A DNA stretch of 64,000 bases from Spirulina sp. (GTDB taxonomy: Bacteria > Cyanobacteriota > Cyanobacteriia > Phormidesmidales > Phormidesmidaceae), in assembly GCA_044070495.1 (NCBI GenBank), contig JBIPSI010000014.1:1-64000 (forward strand). The letters run 5' to 3'. Position numbers and translations under genes: made by a program. The notes below the pieces were generated by a model. It saw only the letters and a list, made by a program, of their open reading frames with translations. It searched no databases and was not told the DNA's origin. Below, one piece after another: positions 40,050 to 48,422 of the stretch; positions within the stretch are counted from its first letter, which is position 1, and every line of letters starts with the position of its first letter.

Positions 40050-41165
40050 ATGATTCCATGCTTTCCCGCCATCAACGACACCACCCTGCGCGATGGGGAG
40101 CAAGCGGCGGGGATCGCCTTTGGCCTAGCGGAAAAGGTGGCCATTGCCCAGGGGTTAGATGCCCTGGGGGTGCAGGAACTAGAGGTGGGCATCCCGGCCA
40201 TGGGGCAGGGGGAGGCCCAGGCCATTCGGGCCATCGTTGATCTGGGGTTAAAGGCCCAACTGCTGGGCTGGAACCGGGCCGTGCTGTCCGACATCCAGGC
40301 GTCCATCCACTGCGGTCTACAGCGGGTTCACATTTCCGTACCGGTTTCGGAGATTCAGGTGCAGGTCAAGTATCAGGGGCAGTGGGCAGTAGTGCTGGAT
40401 CGCCTGCGGGAGGCCATTACCTTTGCGCGGGATCACGGTCTGGAGGTGAGTGTGGGTGGAGAAGATAGCTCCCGTGCCGACGCGACTACGCTGTTGGAGG
40501 TGGCCCAGCAAGCCCAGGACTGGGGAGCCTTTCGCTTTCGGTTCTGCGATACCGTAGGCATCCTCGACCCCTTTACCACCTACGACCGTGTTAAGGCCTT
40601 GGTCGAAGGGCTCAGTATTCCGGTGGAAATGCACACCCACAACGATTTGGGTCTAGCCACCGCCAATGCCCTAGCGGGGGTGCGGGCGGGGGCGACCTCG
40701 GTGAATACCACAGTAAACGGGCTAGGGGAACGGGCGGGCAATGCGGCCCTAGAGGAGGTGGTGATGGCGCTCAAGCATCTCTATGGCCTGAAAACCGGGC
40801 TGCAAACCCAGCATTTCCTAGCCATCTCCCGGTATGTCGCCAAGGCCGCCAACTGTGCCATCCCCCCCTGGAAGGCCGTGGTGGGAGATAACGCCTTTGC
40901 CCACGAGGCGGGACTCCATGCCCACGGGGTTTTGCACAACCCCAGCACCTACGAACCCTTTGATCCCAGCGAAGTGGGCCGCCAGCGGAGTTTGGTGGTG
41001 GGCAAACATTCCGGGCGTCATCTCATTCAGTATGTCCTCCATGGTCAAGGCGTTCACCTAGAGGCCGATCACACCCAAGCCGTCCTGAATCAGGTGCGGG
41101 ATCGGGCCACGACCCTCAAACGCAGCCTCTCGGTGGAGGAATTGCTGGATTTGGTCAACCCCTGA
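40050..41165 (+). CDS. nifV: Homocitrate synthase
   Basis: [55 protein letters not shown]; followed by nifT. Confidence 0.92.
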   Translation: MIPCFPAINDTTLRDGEQAAGIAFGLAEKVAIAQGLDALGVQELEVGIPAMGQGEAQAIRAIVDLGLKAQLLGWNRAVLSDIQASIHCGLQRVHISVPVSEIQVQVKYQGQWAVVLDRLREAITFARDHGLEVSVGGEDSSRADATTLLEVAQQAQDWGAFRFRFCDTVGILDPFTTYDRVKALVEGLSIPVEMHTHNDLGLATANALAGVRAGATSVNTTVNGLGERAGNAALEEVVMALKHLYGLKTGLQTQHFLAISRYVAKAANCAIPPWKAVVGDNAFAHEAGLHAHGVLHNPSTYEPFDPSEVGRQRSLVVGKHSGRHLIQYVLHGQGVHLEADHTQAVLNQVRDRATTLKRSLSVEELLDLVNP

Positions 41166-41195
41166 TCCCCGCTGCCAGATTCCCACGAATCGATG

Positions 41196-41237
41196 GATCC
41201 CCGACAACAGATCCCCGACAACAGATTCCCGACGACC
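41196..41237 (+). repeat. 14-bp tandem repeat x3 (GATCCCCGACAACA)
   Basis: Two exact copies and one degenerate copy in the nifV-nifT spacer. Confidence 0.8.
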
Positions 41238-41282
41238 TGCTAAGCCAACTGAGATCAAGCTGTTTATCCCTGAGACACCCCT

Positions 41283-41486
41283 ATGAAAGTCATGCTTCGC
41301 ACCAATGCAGCGGGTCGCCTGCTGGTCTATGTGGCCAAAAAAGACCTGGAGGAGGAAGTGGTGAATCAAACCCAAGGGGAGGATGGCCTCGTCTTAACCC
41401 TGTCCAACGGCTGGGAATTGGCCCTAGCTGGAATGCGTGATCCCCTATCCACCCCCCAAACCGTAGAGGCCCGCCGCCTGAACTAA
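41283..41486 (+). CDS. nifT: Nitrogen fixation protein NifT/FixU
   Basis: MKVMLR...YVAKKDLEEEVV...L.NGW...P.TVEARR. Confidence 0.92.
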   Translation: MKVMLRTNAAGRLLVYVAKKDLEEEVVNQTQGEDGLVLTLSNGWELALAGMRDPLSTPQTVEARRLN

Positions 41487-41527
41487 CTTGTTTGTTCCGT
41501 TCTCTTAGCTTCCTCAGGAGGTTGACC

Positions 41528-41812
41528 ATGACCACAATCCGCGCCATGCCCCCCTGGATGTTTAGCCTAGACGGCACCTTCCTTGGGTTTGGGGACGGTG
41601 GATCCCAATGGCCCAAACATCTGCACCTAGACGTCGATGGCGAAGTCCTGGCTATTCAGATTCGTCGAGAACTGAGGCCCCTGCTAAACGCCCAACTTCA
41701 GCCTGGGGATCGCCTACGCTGCATTGGGCGCAGCCAAATTCACAGCAAAACAGGGATGATTGCGCTAAAAGCGAATCATGTGTTTAGACCAGAAACCCCA
41801 TCAGGGGGTTAG
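41528..41812 (+). CDS. Small protein resembling the N-terminal domain of cyanobacterial (2Fe-2S) ferredoxin-domain proteins, without the Fe-S domain
   Basis: AGGAGG RBS; F.LDG.FLGF...PK.L...LQPGD.L...G...K.G...LKA; only one Cys. Confidence 0.65.
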   Translation: MTTIRAMPPWMFSLDGTFLGFGDGGSQWPKHLHLDVDGEVLAIQIRRELRPLLNAQLQPGDRLRCIGRSQIHSKTGMIALKANHVFRPETPSGG

Positions 41813-41959
41813 CCTTGACAACAACCCGCCCCCCGTTCACCGTCGAACCTGGGGAGAGGTATACCCAATCCGGCGTCGAAAACCCCGATTCCTAACCTGG
41901 CAACCGTAGCGGCAAGGAGACCTCGCCCCTGCGGCTAGCTGGGATGGGAGGTATCTACC

Positions 41960-44737
41960 TCATGGGGCCGACCGCACCACCAGGCTACCCAGATCCACCA
42001 GGCCAGATTGGTCGGGCAGAATTTCAAACTCGATGGGGGCAGAGTCGCGCAGGCGAATTTCGTAGCGGCCTGGGCCAAGTCCGACTAGCGCAAACCGCCC
42101 TACTCGATTGGTAAAAAAGCCCTGGGCAGGCCAAGTCGCATCCGACAAAGAGACCACCTCACCGCCCTGAAGCCCCAGGGGTTCGCCGTTGCCATCCACC
42201 AGTACGCCTCGCACAAAGACCGTGGCGTCGGTGCCTGCCAAAATTAGCGTGCCGCTGCGATAGCTGGGCCACACCACCCATTCGCTGGGGCCAAGGTCGT
42301 AGCCGAGAGGCGCTTCTAGAGCTTCTAACCGCAGACGAGACACATAGTAGGGCTGGAGGTCGGGAATCACCGCTGGGCCAAAGGCATTCACCACCGCTCC
42401 ATAGCCACTACTGGAGGGGTTGACCCCAATTTGCTGCCCCCGCCAGCGGTCGCGAGGCACCACCAGGACAAAGCTATTGGTGACGGGACGAGACCAGCCA
42501 AAGCGGCCATCGGCAAACACGAGGGCGGTGCCAAAGGTGAGCCGGGTGGCGTGGGTGGTGGCGGTGGCATCTGAGGCATTGAAGGATCCATCCCAGGCTT
42601 GGCTGAGTTTGAAATCAAAACGATAGTCGGTGTAGCTCATTTCGCCCAAAACGCCGTGCTGATCACCATTCTGGTTGAGGTTCAGCGACCAGCCCGTGGC
42701 CATTAGGGGTTGATCGGGGCTGCGCCGCCACTGCAATTGATTCCCGGCGCGGCTGGTGTTGCTGAGGTTGGTATTCAGCGCCAGGGACTGCCGCCGTGCT
42801 GGCAATAGCCAAGACAGGCCCAAAAAGACCCGCACCTCCTCCTGGCTTTGGGTGGTGCGGCTATAGTTGGCGTTGAGGCTGCCGCTGAGACCGCTACTGA
42901 GGGTTTGGGAGAGGCCTAGGTTGAGGCTGTAGGTGTTGGGCACGGTGCGGCCAAAGCTGTAGCTGCCGCCCAGATTGAGGCGGGCACTGTCAAACAGGCG
43001 TTGGCTGTAGGCGGCGGATAGCTGCAACCAATCCTGGCTGGGGGTAAGGCTGGTGAGGGTAGTGAAGCGATCATCGCGATATTCCGCCGTTACCCGCAGC
43101 GACCGTTGGGCCAGGTCTTGGGCCTTGGTGGGTCGTTCATACTGCACCCGTGCGGCCATGCCCACCCCCACCTCTCCCCGATGGCTGAGGGCCACATCCC
43201 AGCCCCAGTTGCCCAGGGCCGAAGCCCAAATGCCGTCGGCCTCCACCATTTGAAACGAGGGCGTGGCCTGGAGGTAGCCGCCCAGGGTGAGGGTGCGAGT
43301 AGCTCCCCAGCGATGGGCTAGGGCCAGTTGGGGCTGGTTCCAATCGTATTGGCGCTGCCCTTGCACCGTGCCCGACGGAAAACCCAGATTGTAGGAAAAC
43401 TGCTGTAGACCAGGGGCCAGCAGGTTCCCGGCTAGGGCGGTGGTAAAGTCGAGCCGCTGCACTTGGCCCAGGTCGTCGGTAATGATTAGTTGAATATCGT
43501 TGGAACCCGTCGTTAGCACGAGGTTGCGGATATCCTGGGGGCCAGCCTGAAGCTGAAGCTGCTGCACCCGCACGCCATTGATGTAAATCTCTACCTGGGA
43601 GGGGCGTTCTAGGAAAAAGGTAAATTCCCCGGTGGGGCGGGTGATGCGGTAGGGCTGCAAGCTAAAGTTGCGCGACACCGAAATGCCCCCCAAGGGCACC
43701 AGCGATTGAAACGCCCCACTCACCGGAATGATGACATCCCCCGCGATGTAGCGCAGGGCATTGGCCGGATCATCCCGCACCAGCCGCACATCTCGCCGCT
43801 GAACACCGGGACTGCCCCCCTCCAGCACATCGGCCTGTCCCTCCAGCACCCAGCCCGCCACATTCAGCGCCCCATCCAAGGACAACCGGAGCGGTTGCCG
43901 TCCGGTTGGCTCCTGCCCCGCCCAGAGGATATCGTTACCACCCAAGACATTCACATAGCCGCTGATGGTGCTGATGGGCAGGGCATTGGCCGCCTCTGGG
44001 GGCACCCCCAGCGCATCCACCACATTGGTGCGCCGCAGGGCCGCAGGCACCGTCAGGTACAGCGCCAGTTGGCTTTGGTCGAAAATGGCAGTCAGGCCCA
44101 CCTGCTGAAGCAACCCCAGGCTCAAAAACCCCGCCTCGTCCACGCTGGCCTCTAACTGGGCTTGGAGGTCGGGCTGCAACAGGTCGCGGGTTTGATCCAG
44201 CACCGGAGCCGCCTGCACTAGGCTGGCCCGCCCGCCGGAAATCACTACAATGGCCTGCCCCCGCCGCTGATCGTTAATCCAAAAGGGCACCGGAATGCTC
44301 TGATCCCGTGGTCGAGGTCGCCCAAAGATCTGCTCGAATAATGCGTCATCCAACGCGGGATTCGGCTGGGTGCCCTCAGGGTTATCAGGACTGGCGGGAG
44401 CCTCTAAATCTTGGGTTTCAATGGTTTGGGTTTCAACGTTCTGGGCTTCAGGGGGCTGAGTTTCAGGGTTAGGGGGAGTTGCTGGGTCTGGGGAATTTTC
44501 TAATTCTGAAGGTTCTAATTCTGAAGGAGTTTGTGATTCTGGGGAAACCTGTGATAGTGGGGATTGGCCATCACCCCCAGCCCCTCTCCCCAAGGGAGAG
44601 GGGAGCCGGAAGGCGGTTACGTCAAAGTCCCTCTCCCTGTGGGAGAGAGATTTAGGGTGAGGGCTAGGAGTAGCGGCGGCTGGCCCTGGACAACCCAGCA
44701 CGAATACCATCGCCATTGCGACCCATCGGTAAGCCAT
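41960..44737 (-). CDS. Outer-membrane usher (PapC/FimD-like)
   Basis: Signal peptide; RRDVRLVRDDP...AGD, GGISVSRNF, PSQVEIYING, LLAPGLQQFSY, C-terminal FTNRVGRF...L.PG.Y; last gene of pilin-pilin-chaperone operon. Confidence 0.88.
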   Translation of the reverse strand: MAYRWVAMAMVFVLGCPGPAAATPSPHPKSLSHRERDFDVTAFRLPSPLGRGAGGDGQSPLSQVSPESQTPSELEPSELENSPDPATPPNPETQPPEAQNVETQTIETQDLEAPASPDNPEGTQPNPALDDALFEQIFGRPRPRDQSIPVPFWINDQRRGQAIVVISGGRASLVQAAPVLDQTRDLLQPDLQAQLEASVDEAGFLSLGLLQQVGLTAIFDQSQLALYLTVPAALRRTNVVDALGVPPEAANALPISTISGYVNVLGGNDILWAGQEPTGRQPLRLSLDGALNVAGWVLEGQADVLEGGSPGVQRRDVRLVRDDPANALRYIAGDVIIPVSGAFQSLVPLGGISVSRNFSLQPYRITRPTGEFTFFLERPSQVEIYINGVRVQQLQLQAGPQDIRNLVLTTGSNDIQLIITDDLGQVQRLDFTTALAGNLLAPGLQQFSYNLGFPSGTVQGQRQYDWNQPQLALAHRWGATRTLTLGGYLQATPSFQMVEADGIWASALGNWGWDVALSHRGEVGVGMAARVQYERPTKAQDLAQRSLRVTAEYRDDRFTTLTSLTPSQDWLQLSAAYSQRLFDSARLNLGGSYSFGRTVPNTYSLNLGLSQTLSSGLSGSLNANYSRTTQSQEEVRVFLGLSWLLPARRQSLALNTNLSNTSRAGNQLQWRRSPDQPLMATGWSLNLNQNGDQHGVLGEMSYTDYRFDFKLSQAWDGSFNASDATATTHATRLTFGTALVFADGRFGWSRPVTNSFVLVVPRDRWRGQQIGVNPSSSGYGAVVNAFGPAVIPDLQPYYVSRLRLEALEAPLGYDLGPSEWVVWPSYRSGTLILAGTDATVFVRGVLVDGNGEPLGLQGGEVVSLSDATWPAQGFFTNRVGRFALVGLGPGRYEIRLRDSAPIEFEILPDQSGLVDLGSLVVRSAP
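44567..44664. repeat. Dispersed palindromic repeat inserted in frame in the usher 5' end
   Basis: CCATCACCCCCAGCCCCTCTCCC...GGGTGAGGGC; same family as intergenic 54711-54798. Confidence 0.8.
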
Positions 44738-44832
44738 GACTTAACCAAAGTCTGGGAATCTCGCCCCAGGCAGGAAAACTGAGCTAATTATGGCAAGAAG
44801 TCCCAAGACTTCAGCCAATGCCTGGGGTCAAC

Positions 44833-45618
44833 TTAACGGAGTTCAAAGCTGGCGGTGACGGGGCCAATGGGCAAGCCTTCCGGCCAGGGCATCACAAACT
44901 GGCGTTGGTGTTGGGCTAGCACGTTTTCGCCGTTAATCCCGGTGAGTTGGTCGGGTCGCAGGATGAGGCTGGCCCCAGGCTGGTTCACGGGCGCTAGGGT
45001 GAGGGTAAGCCCCGACAGCAGTTGGTGGGCGGTGCCTTGGTTGTCAAACTCCAGCAGCAGCTTATCCTGACCGTCGATGCGCTGGTGGCTGGCTTGGCGA
45101 ATCACCACGTTCGGTTGTGCCCCTGGGGGCGTCACATACAGCGCCGCCACATAGCGATAGAGGGCATTGATGCGAACGGTAACGCCAGTAGGGGGTGCCT
45201 CTGGCCCACCAAGGTTGATGGGCAGTTGTTCGGTAATCAGCCGAAAAGCTTGCTCCACCTCCACATTGGGTTCCCCTAGCCAAGTCACGCGCACGGTTTG
45301 CACCTGGCCGGGTTGCAACAAAATCTGCGGCGGATACACCACAAAATCATCCTCGGCATCGTTCTGGGTTTCGTTGCCCAAGGGATCCATCTGGCGATCC
45401 GTCACCCGCACCTCAATGGCCACGGGTTCATCCCCGGTGCTGCGTACCTGAAACGACCCCGCCGCCCCACTCCCCCCGGCCTGTAGCACCAGGCGAGAAG
45501 GGGTGAGCTGGTAGCTGGCATCCGCCCAGGCCGGAGCCGCCATCAACACCCCAGCCCCCACCAACACCGAGGCAACACCGCCCACACAGGATAGGCCAAC
45601 ATAGGGTAGGGATTTCAT
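44833..45618 (-). CDS. Periplasmic pilus chaperone (PapD-like)
   Basis: Signal peptide; VVYPPQILLQPGQVQTVRV, FRLITEQLP, NQGTAH. Confidence 0.88.
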   Translation of the reverse strand: MKSLPYVGLSCVGGVASVLVGAGVLMAAPAWADASYQLTPSRLVLQAGGSGAAGSFQVRSTGDEPVAIEVRVTDRQMDPLGNETQNDAEDDFVVYPPQILLQPGQVQTVRVTWLGEPNVEVEQAFRLITEQLPINLGGPEAPPTGVTVRINALYRYVAALYVTPPGAQPNVVIRQASHQRIDGQDKLLLEFDNQGTAHQLLSGLTLTLAPVNQPGASLILRPDQLTGINGENVLAQHQRQFVMPWPEGLPIGPVTASFELR

Positions 45619-45705
45619 CACAGCCTCCCGGCATTTACCAAAACAATCGAATGAGCCAACAAAGATAAGTCGTCAACCAAGCCCTCGCGGCCCTCACCCC
45701 GTTGA

Positions 45706-45802
45706 GATCCCCCTAAATCCCCCTTAAAAAGGGGGACTTTGATTCCAAAAAGGGAGACTTTGATTCCGGTTCCCCCCTTCCCAAGGGGGGCTAGGGGGGA
45801 TC
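45706..45802. repeat. Small dispersed palindromic repeat (GATCCCCCTAAATCCCCCTT family)
   Basis: Matches 28211-28319. Confidence 0.85.
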
Positions 45803-45859
45803 CACACCTAGAAACGAAGCAGAACAGAGACTTCGCTGCACCCAACCTACGGGGATACA

Positions 45860-46354
45860 TCACTGCTCTACCAAAGTAAAAGTCAGGGTGTCTGTGTAGG
45901 ATCCGGAGGGTTTTCCTTGCACATCGCCCGCCATCATCGTAGCCCGCACCGGAAACGTGCAACCCGTTGGCGCGGCACAGGTGAGGCCCGTGGTGGTCAT
46001 CACCGTGACCTCGTTGCCCCCAGCCAAACTGCCCACCTGAAGGCCATCCACCGCTAGGCTGTAGGGCACCGTTGCCGTGTGGGTTTCATGCTTGATCACC
46101 CCGCCCCGCAACGACCGCACCCGCAACACCCAGCCCGTAGCGCTATCCGACTGCACATGAACCACGCCAAAATCTTGATTGGGGTTGCCGCTGGTGAGGC
46201 TGAGGGTAAAGGAAGAGGCTGGGGTAAAGTCCACCGTAGGTTCTAGGGCCACCGCCACCGCTGGCGATAACACACCCAACCCCAAACATCCTAGGGCCAA
46301 TAACCCCTTAGAAATGCCCCACCGATGGCCCAAAAATAACCCATAACCCACCAT
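45860..46354 (-). CDS. Putative minor pilin (Csu/spore-coat-U-like)
   Basis: Signal peptide; GW.L.V.S..GG; CxxxxxC; C-terminal G.YTDTLTFTL. Confidence 0.75.
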   Translation of the reverse strand: MVGYGLFLGHRWGISKGLLALGCLGLGVLSPAVAVALEPTVDFTPASSFTLSLTSGNPNQDFGVVHVQSDSATGWVLRVRSLRGGVIKHETHTATVPYSLAVDGLQVGSLAGGNEVTVMTTTGLTCAAPTGCTFPVRATMMAGDVQGKPSGSYTDTLTFTLVEQ

Positions 46355-46379
46355 AACCTACCTCCTTCTCAGCGCCATC

Positions 46380-46404
46380 GTGCGGAGATGGATTATCTCC
46401 GCAC
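46380..46404. terminator. Stem-loop between the two pilin genes
   Basis: GTGCGGAGAT-GGATT-ATCTCCGCAC, 10-bp perfect stem; no clear U-tract. Confidence 0.55.
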
Positions 46405-46459
46405 TAGGCATTAGTTAGCTAGGACAACCTCTGGTCATTTGCTCCAAATCTCTAGCTAT

Positions 46460-46981
46460 TTAGAGTTTAGAGGTCAGGGTAAAGGTGAGGGTATCGGTAT
46501 AAACGCCAACCGGAACAAATTGGTCAGCCGCCATAGTGGCCGTTACCGCTCGGGTAATTTCCCCAGCTACTTCTGTGCTGTATGGTGCAGTGGCGAGCAG
46601 CTCATCAGTTGCTGCCGTAGCGAGGTCAACCGGGGTAATAGTTGCCCCTGCGATAGCGGCCACAGTGAGATCAGTATAGGTAATGCTTTGAGCACCATTC
46701 ACTAATTTACCGCCATTCAGAGACTGTACTTCAAGATCCCACCCAGCCGCCGCATTATTTTGAATCGTGAGATTGCCCATCGGATAACTAGCTACGGCAG
46801 CACCAGAGGTAATTTCGGTTAATGTCGCTGGAGCGAAGGTAATGGTGTTAACCTCCTGAACCTCACCGGATACTTCGCCATTATCTGAGACTTGAGCAAA
46901 AGCAGCAGGGCCAACCAGAAGAGAAGCGCTAACTAACAGAGTAGAAGCGATTAGGGTATTGCGAGAGAATGTAGACAACAT
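46460..46981 (-). CDS. Putative major pilin (Csu/spore-coat-U-like)
   Basis: AGGAG RBS, AFA signal-peptide cleavage site, GWDLEVQSLNGG, C-terminal GVYTDTLTFTL; first gene of operon. Confidence 0.8.
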   Translation of the reverse strand: MLSTFSRNTLIASTLLVSASLLVGPAAFAQVSDNGEVSGEVQEVNTITFAPATLTEITSGAAVASYPMGNLTIQNNAAAGWDLEVQSLNGGKLVNGAQSITYTDLTVAAIAGATITPVDLATAATDELLATAPYSTEVAGEITRAVTATMAADQFVPVGVYTDTLTFTLTSKL

Positions 46982-47416
46982 GGTGTGTCTCCTAAAAGGT
47001 GATGAAGTGAACTAGGGACGGAAATATCAGAAATTCTGGGAGACTAAGCCTTGCGGCTTAGGGCGTATCCAGAGGGTAGAGGGGTATCGTTTTAGCGTCT
47101 TTGGGCGATGTGGTGAAGGCCATTGAAGCTATTTTTGATGAGGGCTTGGCGGATTAGATACGCTCCGTTTTTGTGATCAAGCTCTTTGTGATATCAACTG
47201 CGATACCTTTTTTCTGATGTTTTTACTTTAGAAGCTTTGACCTGTATGAACCATGTTGTGATTACTTATTTTTAATATTTTTGTTTTTCAAGCCTATATG
47301 TTTCCATCGGTTTTCACGGTTATTATTAGATCAGGATTCTTTTAACAAAGATTAATATTTTGATATTATTGAATCTGTATTAAGGCTTTATGAATAAATT
47401 TACAAAAGCAAAAAAC

Positions 47417-47453
47417 TATCCCTTTTTAGTAGGGAATATCCCCTTTTAGTAGG
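47417..47453. promoter_or_regulatory. Tandem 17-bp direct repeat in AT-rich pilus upstream region (candidate regulator sites)
   Basis: TATCCCTTTTTAGTAGG at 47417 and TATCCCCTTTTAGTAGG at 47437 (20-bp period). Confidence 0.55.
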
Positions 47454-47628
47454 AGGTATAGAGAACCCATGGATGATAGTTATTGTCTGGAGAATACAGC
47501 GCTGTCCGACCTGCTTAGGTCAGGTCTTGGGCTTTCTCTGAGGCTTGTGGGATCTTTTTATTGTAGGTTTTTTACAGAAAAGAGCATCGATTTATAAGGA
47601 ATTCATGGTTGTGATTAAGAGGATTTAC

Positions 47629-48093
47629 TTAATCCATGGGATCAGGTTCTAAGTCAACGAATTCATCGCTCTTGATCATGTGCGGGAAGCTTTCGTCTTG
47701 ACGCTGAATATACTGAATCATGCTGATATCGTAGGTTCGATGGTGTACGCTGATGCAATGGGCAATCCCATGCACCATTTCGGTGGTCACCTCCAGATCA
47801 TGGGACTCTGCCCTGAGGCGTAGATTAAAAATTTTCGACAGAATAACCTCATGATTGTCGGTATGGGAGCGAAGCTCTGGATACTCGTATTGGCGCATCA
47901 GCAATTCTTCGATTTCTGAATGATCGAGTACGCACACAAATAGGGCATCTAGGGTAGATTGAATCGCGGTGCCAGACTCGTTGAGCATGATGTCTTGATA
48001 GAGCCTCCTGAGGAGGGTGAGGATTTCCTCGTGTTTGCTGTCAATTTGCGGGTGGTGAGTCTTAACGTCATCACGCCAGTATGCCAAAGCCAT
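47629..48093 (-). CDS. Bacteriohemerythrin
   Basis: W....TH.PQIDSKH, HSEIEE (HxxxE), HTDNH (HxxxH), HHRTYD (HxxxxD); start ATG 48093. Confidence 0.88.
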   Translation of the reverse strand: MALAYWRDDVKTHHPQIDSKHEEILTLLRRLYQDIMLNESGTAIQSTLDALFVCVLDHSEIEELLMRQYEYPELRSHTDNHEVILSKIFNLRLRAESHDLEVTTEMVHGIAHCISVHHRTYDISMIQYIQRQDESFPHMIKSDEFVDLEPDPMD

Positions 48094-48121
48094 GGTCTCA
48101 GCCTGGAGAATGCTTACCTCC

Positions 48122-48187
48122 AACGTAGCGGTGGGATAGGCTGGCAACCATCAGGGATTGGCTGAGTTTTGTGGGGAGGGAACCTGA
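48122..48187 (-). promoter_or_regulatory. Shared promoter motif copy A (hemerythrin)
   Basis: Minus strand TCAGG-ttccctccccac-AAAACTCAG-ccaatc-CCTGAT-N22-TACGTT. Confidence 0.75.
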
Positions 48188-48422
48188 GATAGGGAGTCAC
48201 GGTTCTGAGCCGACTCAACGGTGCAGCGGCAGGAGCTATGGATATTACGGTTGTTGAAGAATTGGTGGGTTGCTCTGTAATCTAGGCACTCTAAACCTAG
48301 GGTTGTCCTAGGCCCAAAGACCATAGATCGTAGCTAGAAGCCAGCGGTTTGGGGCTGGACTAGGGCGGCGGCGGGCAGGGTGCAGACCATCGTTAGAACA
48401 ACATAGGGAAAAGGGTAGGCAT

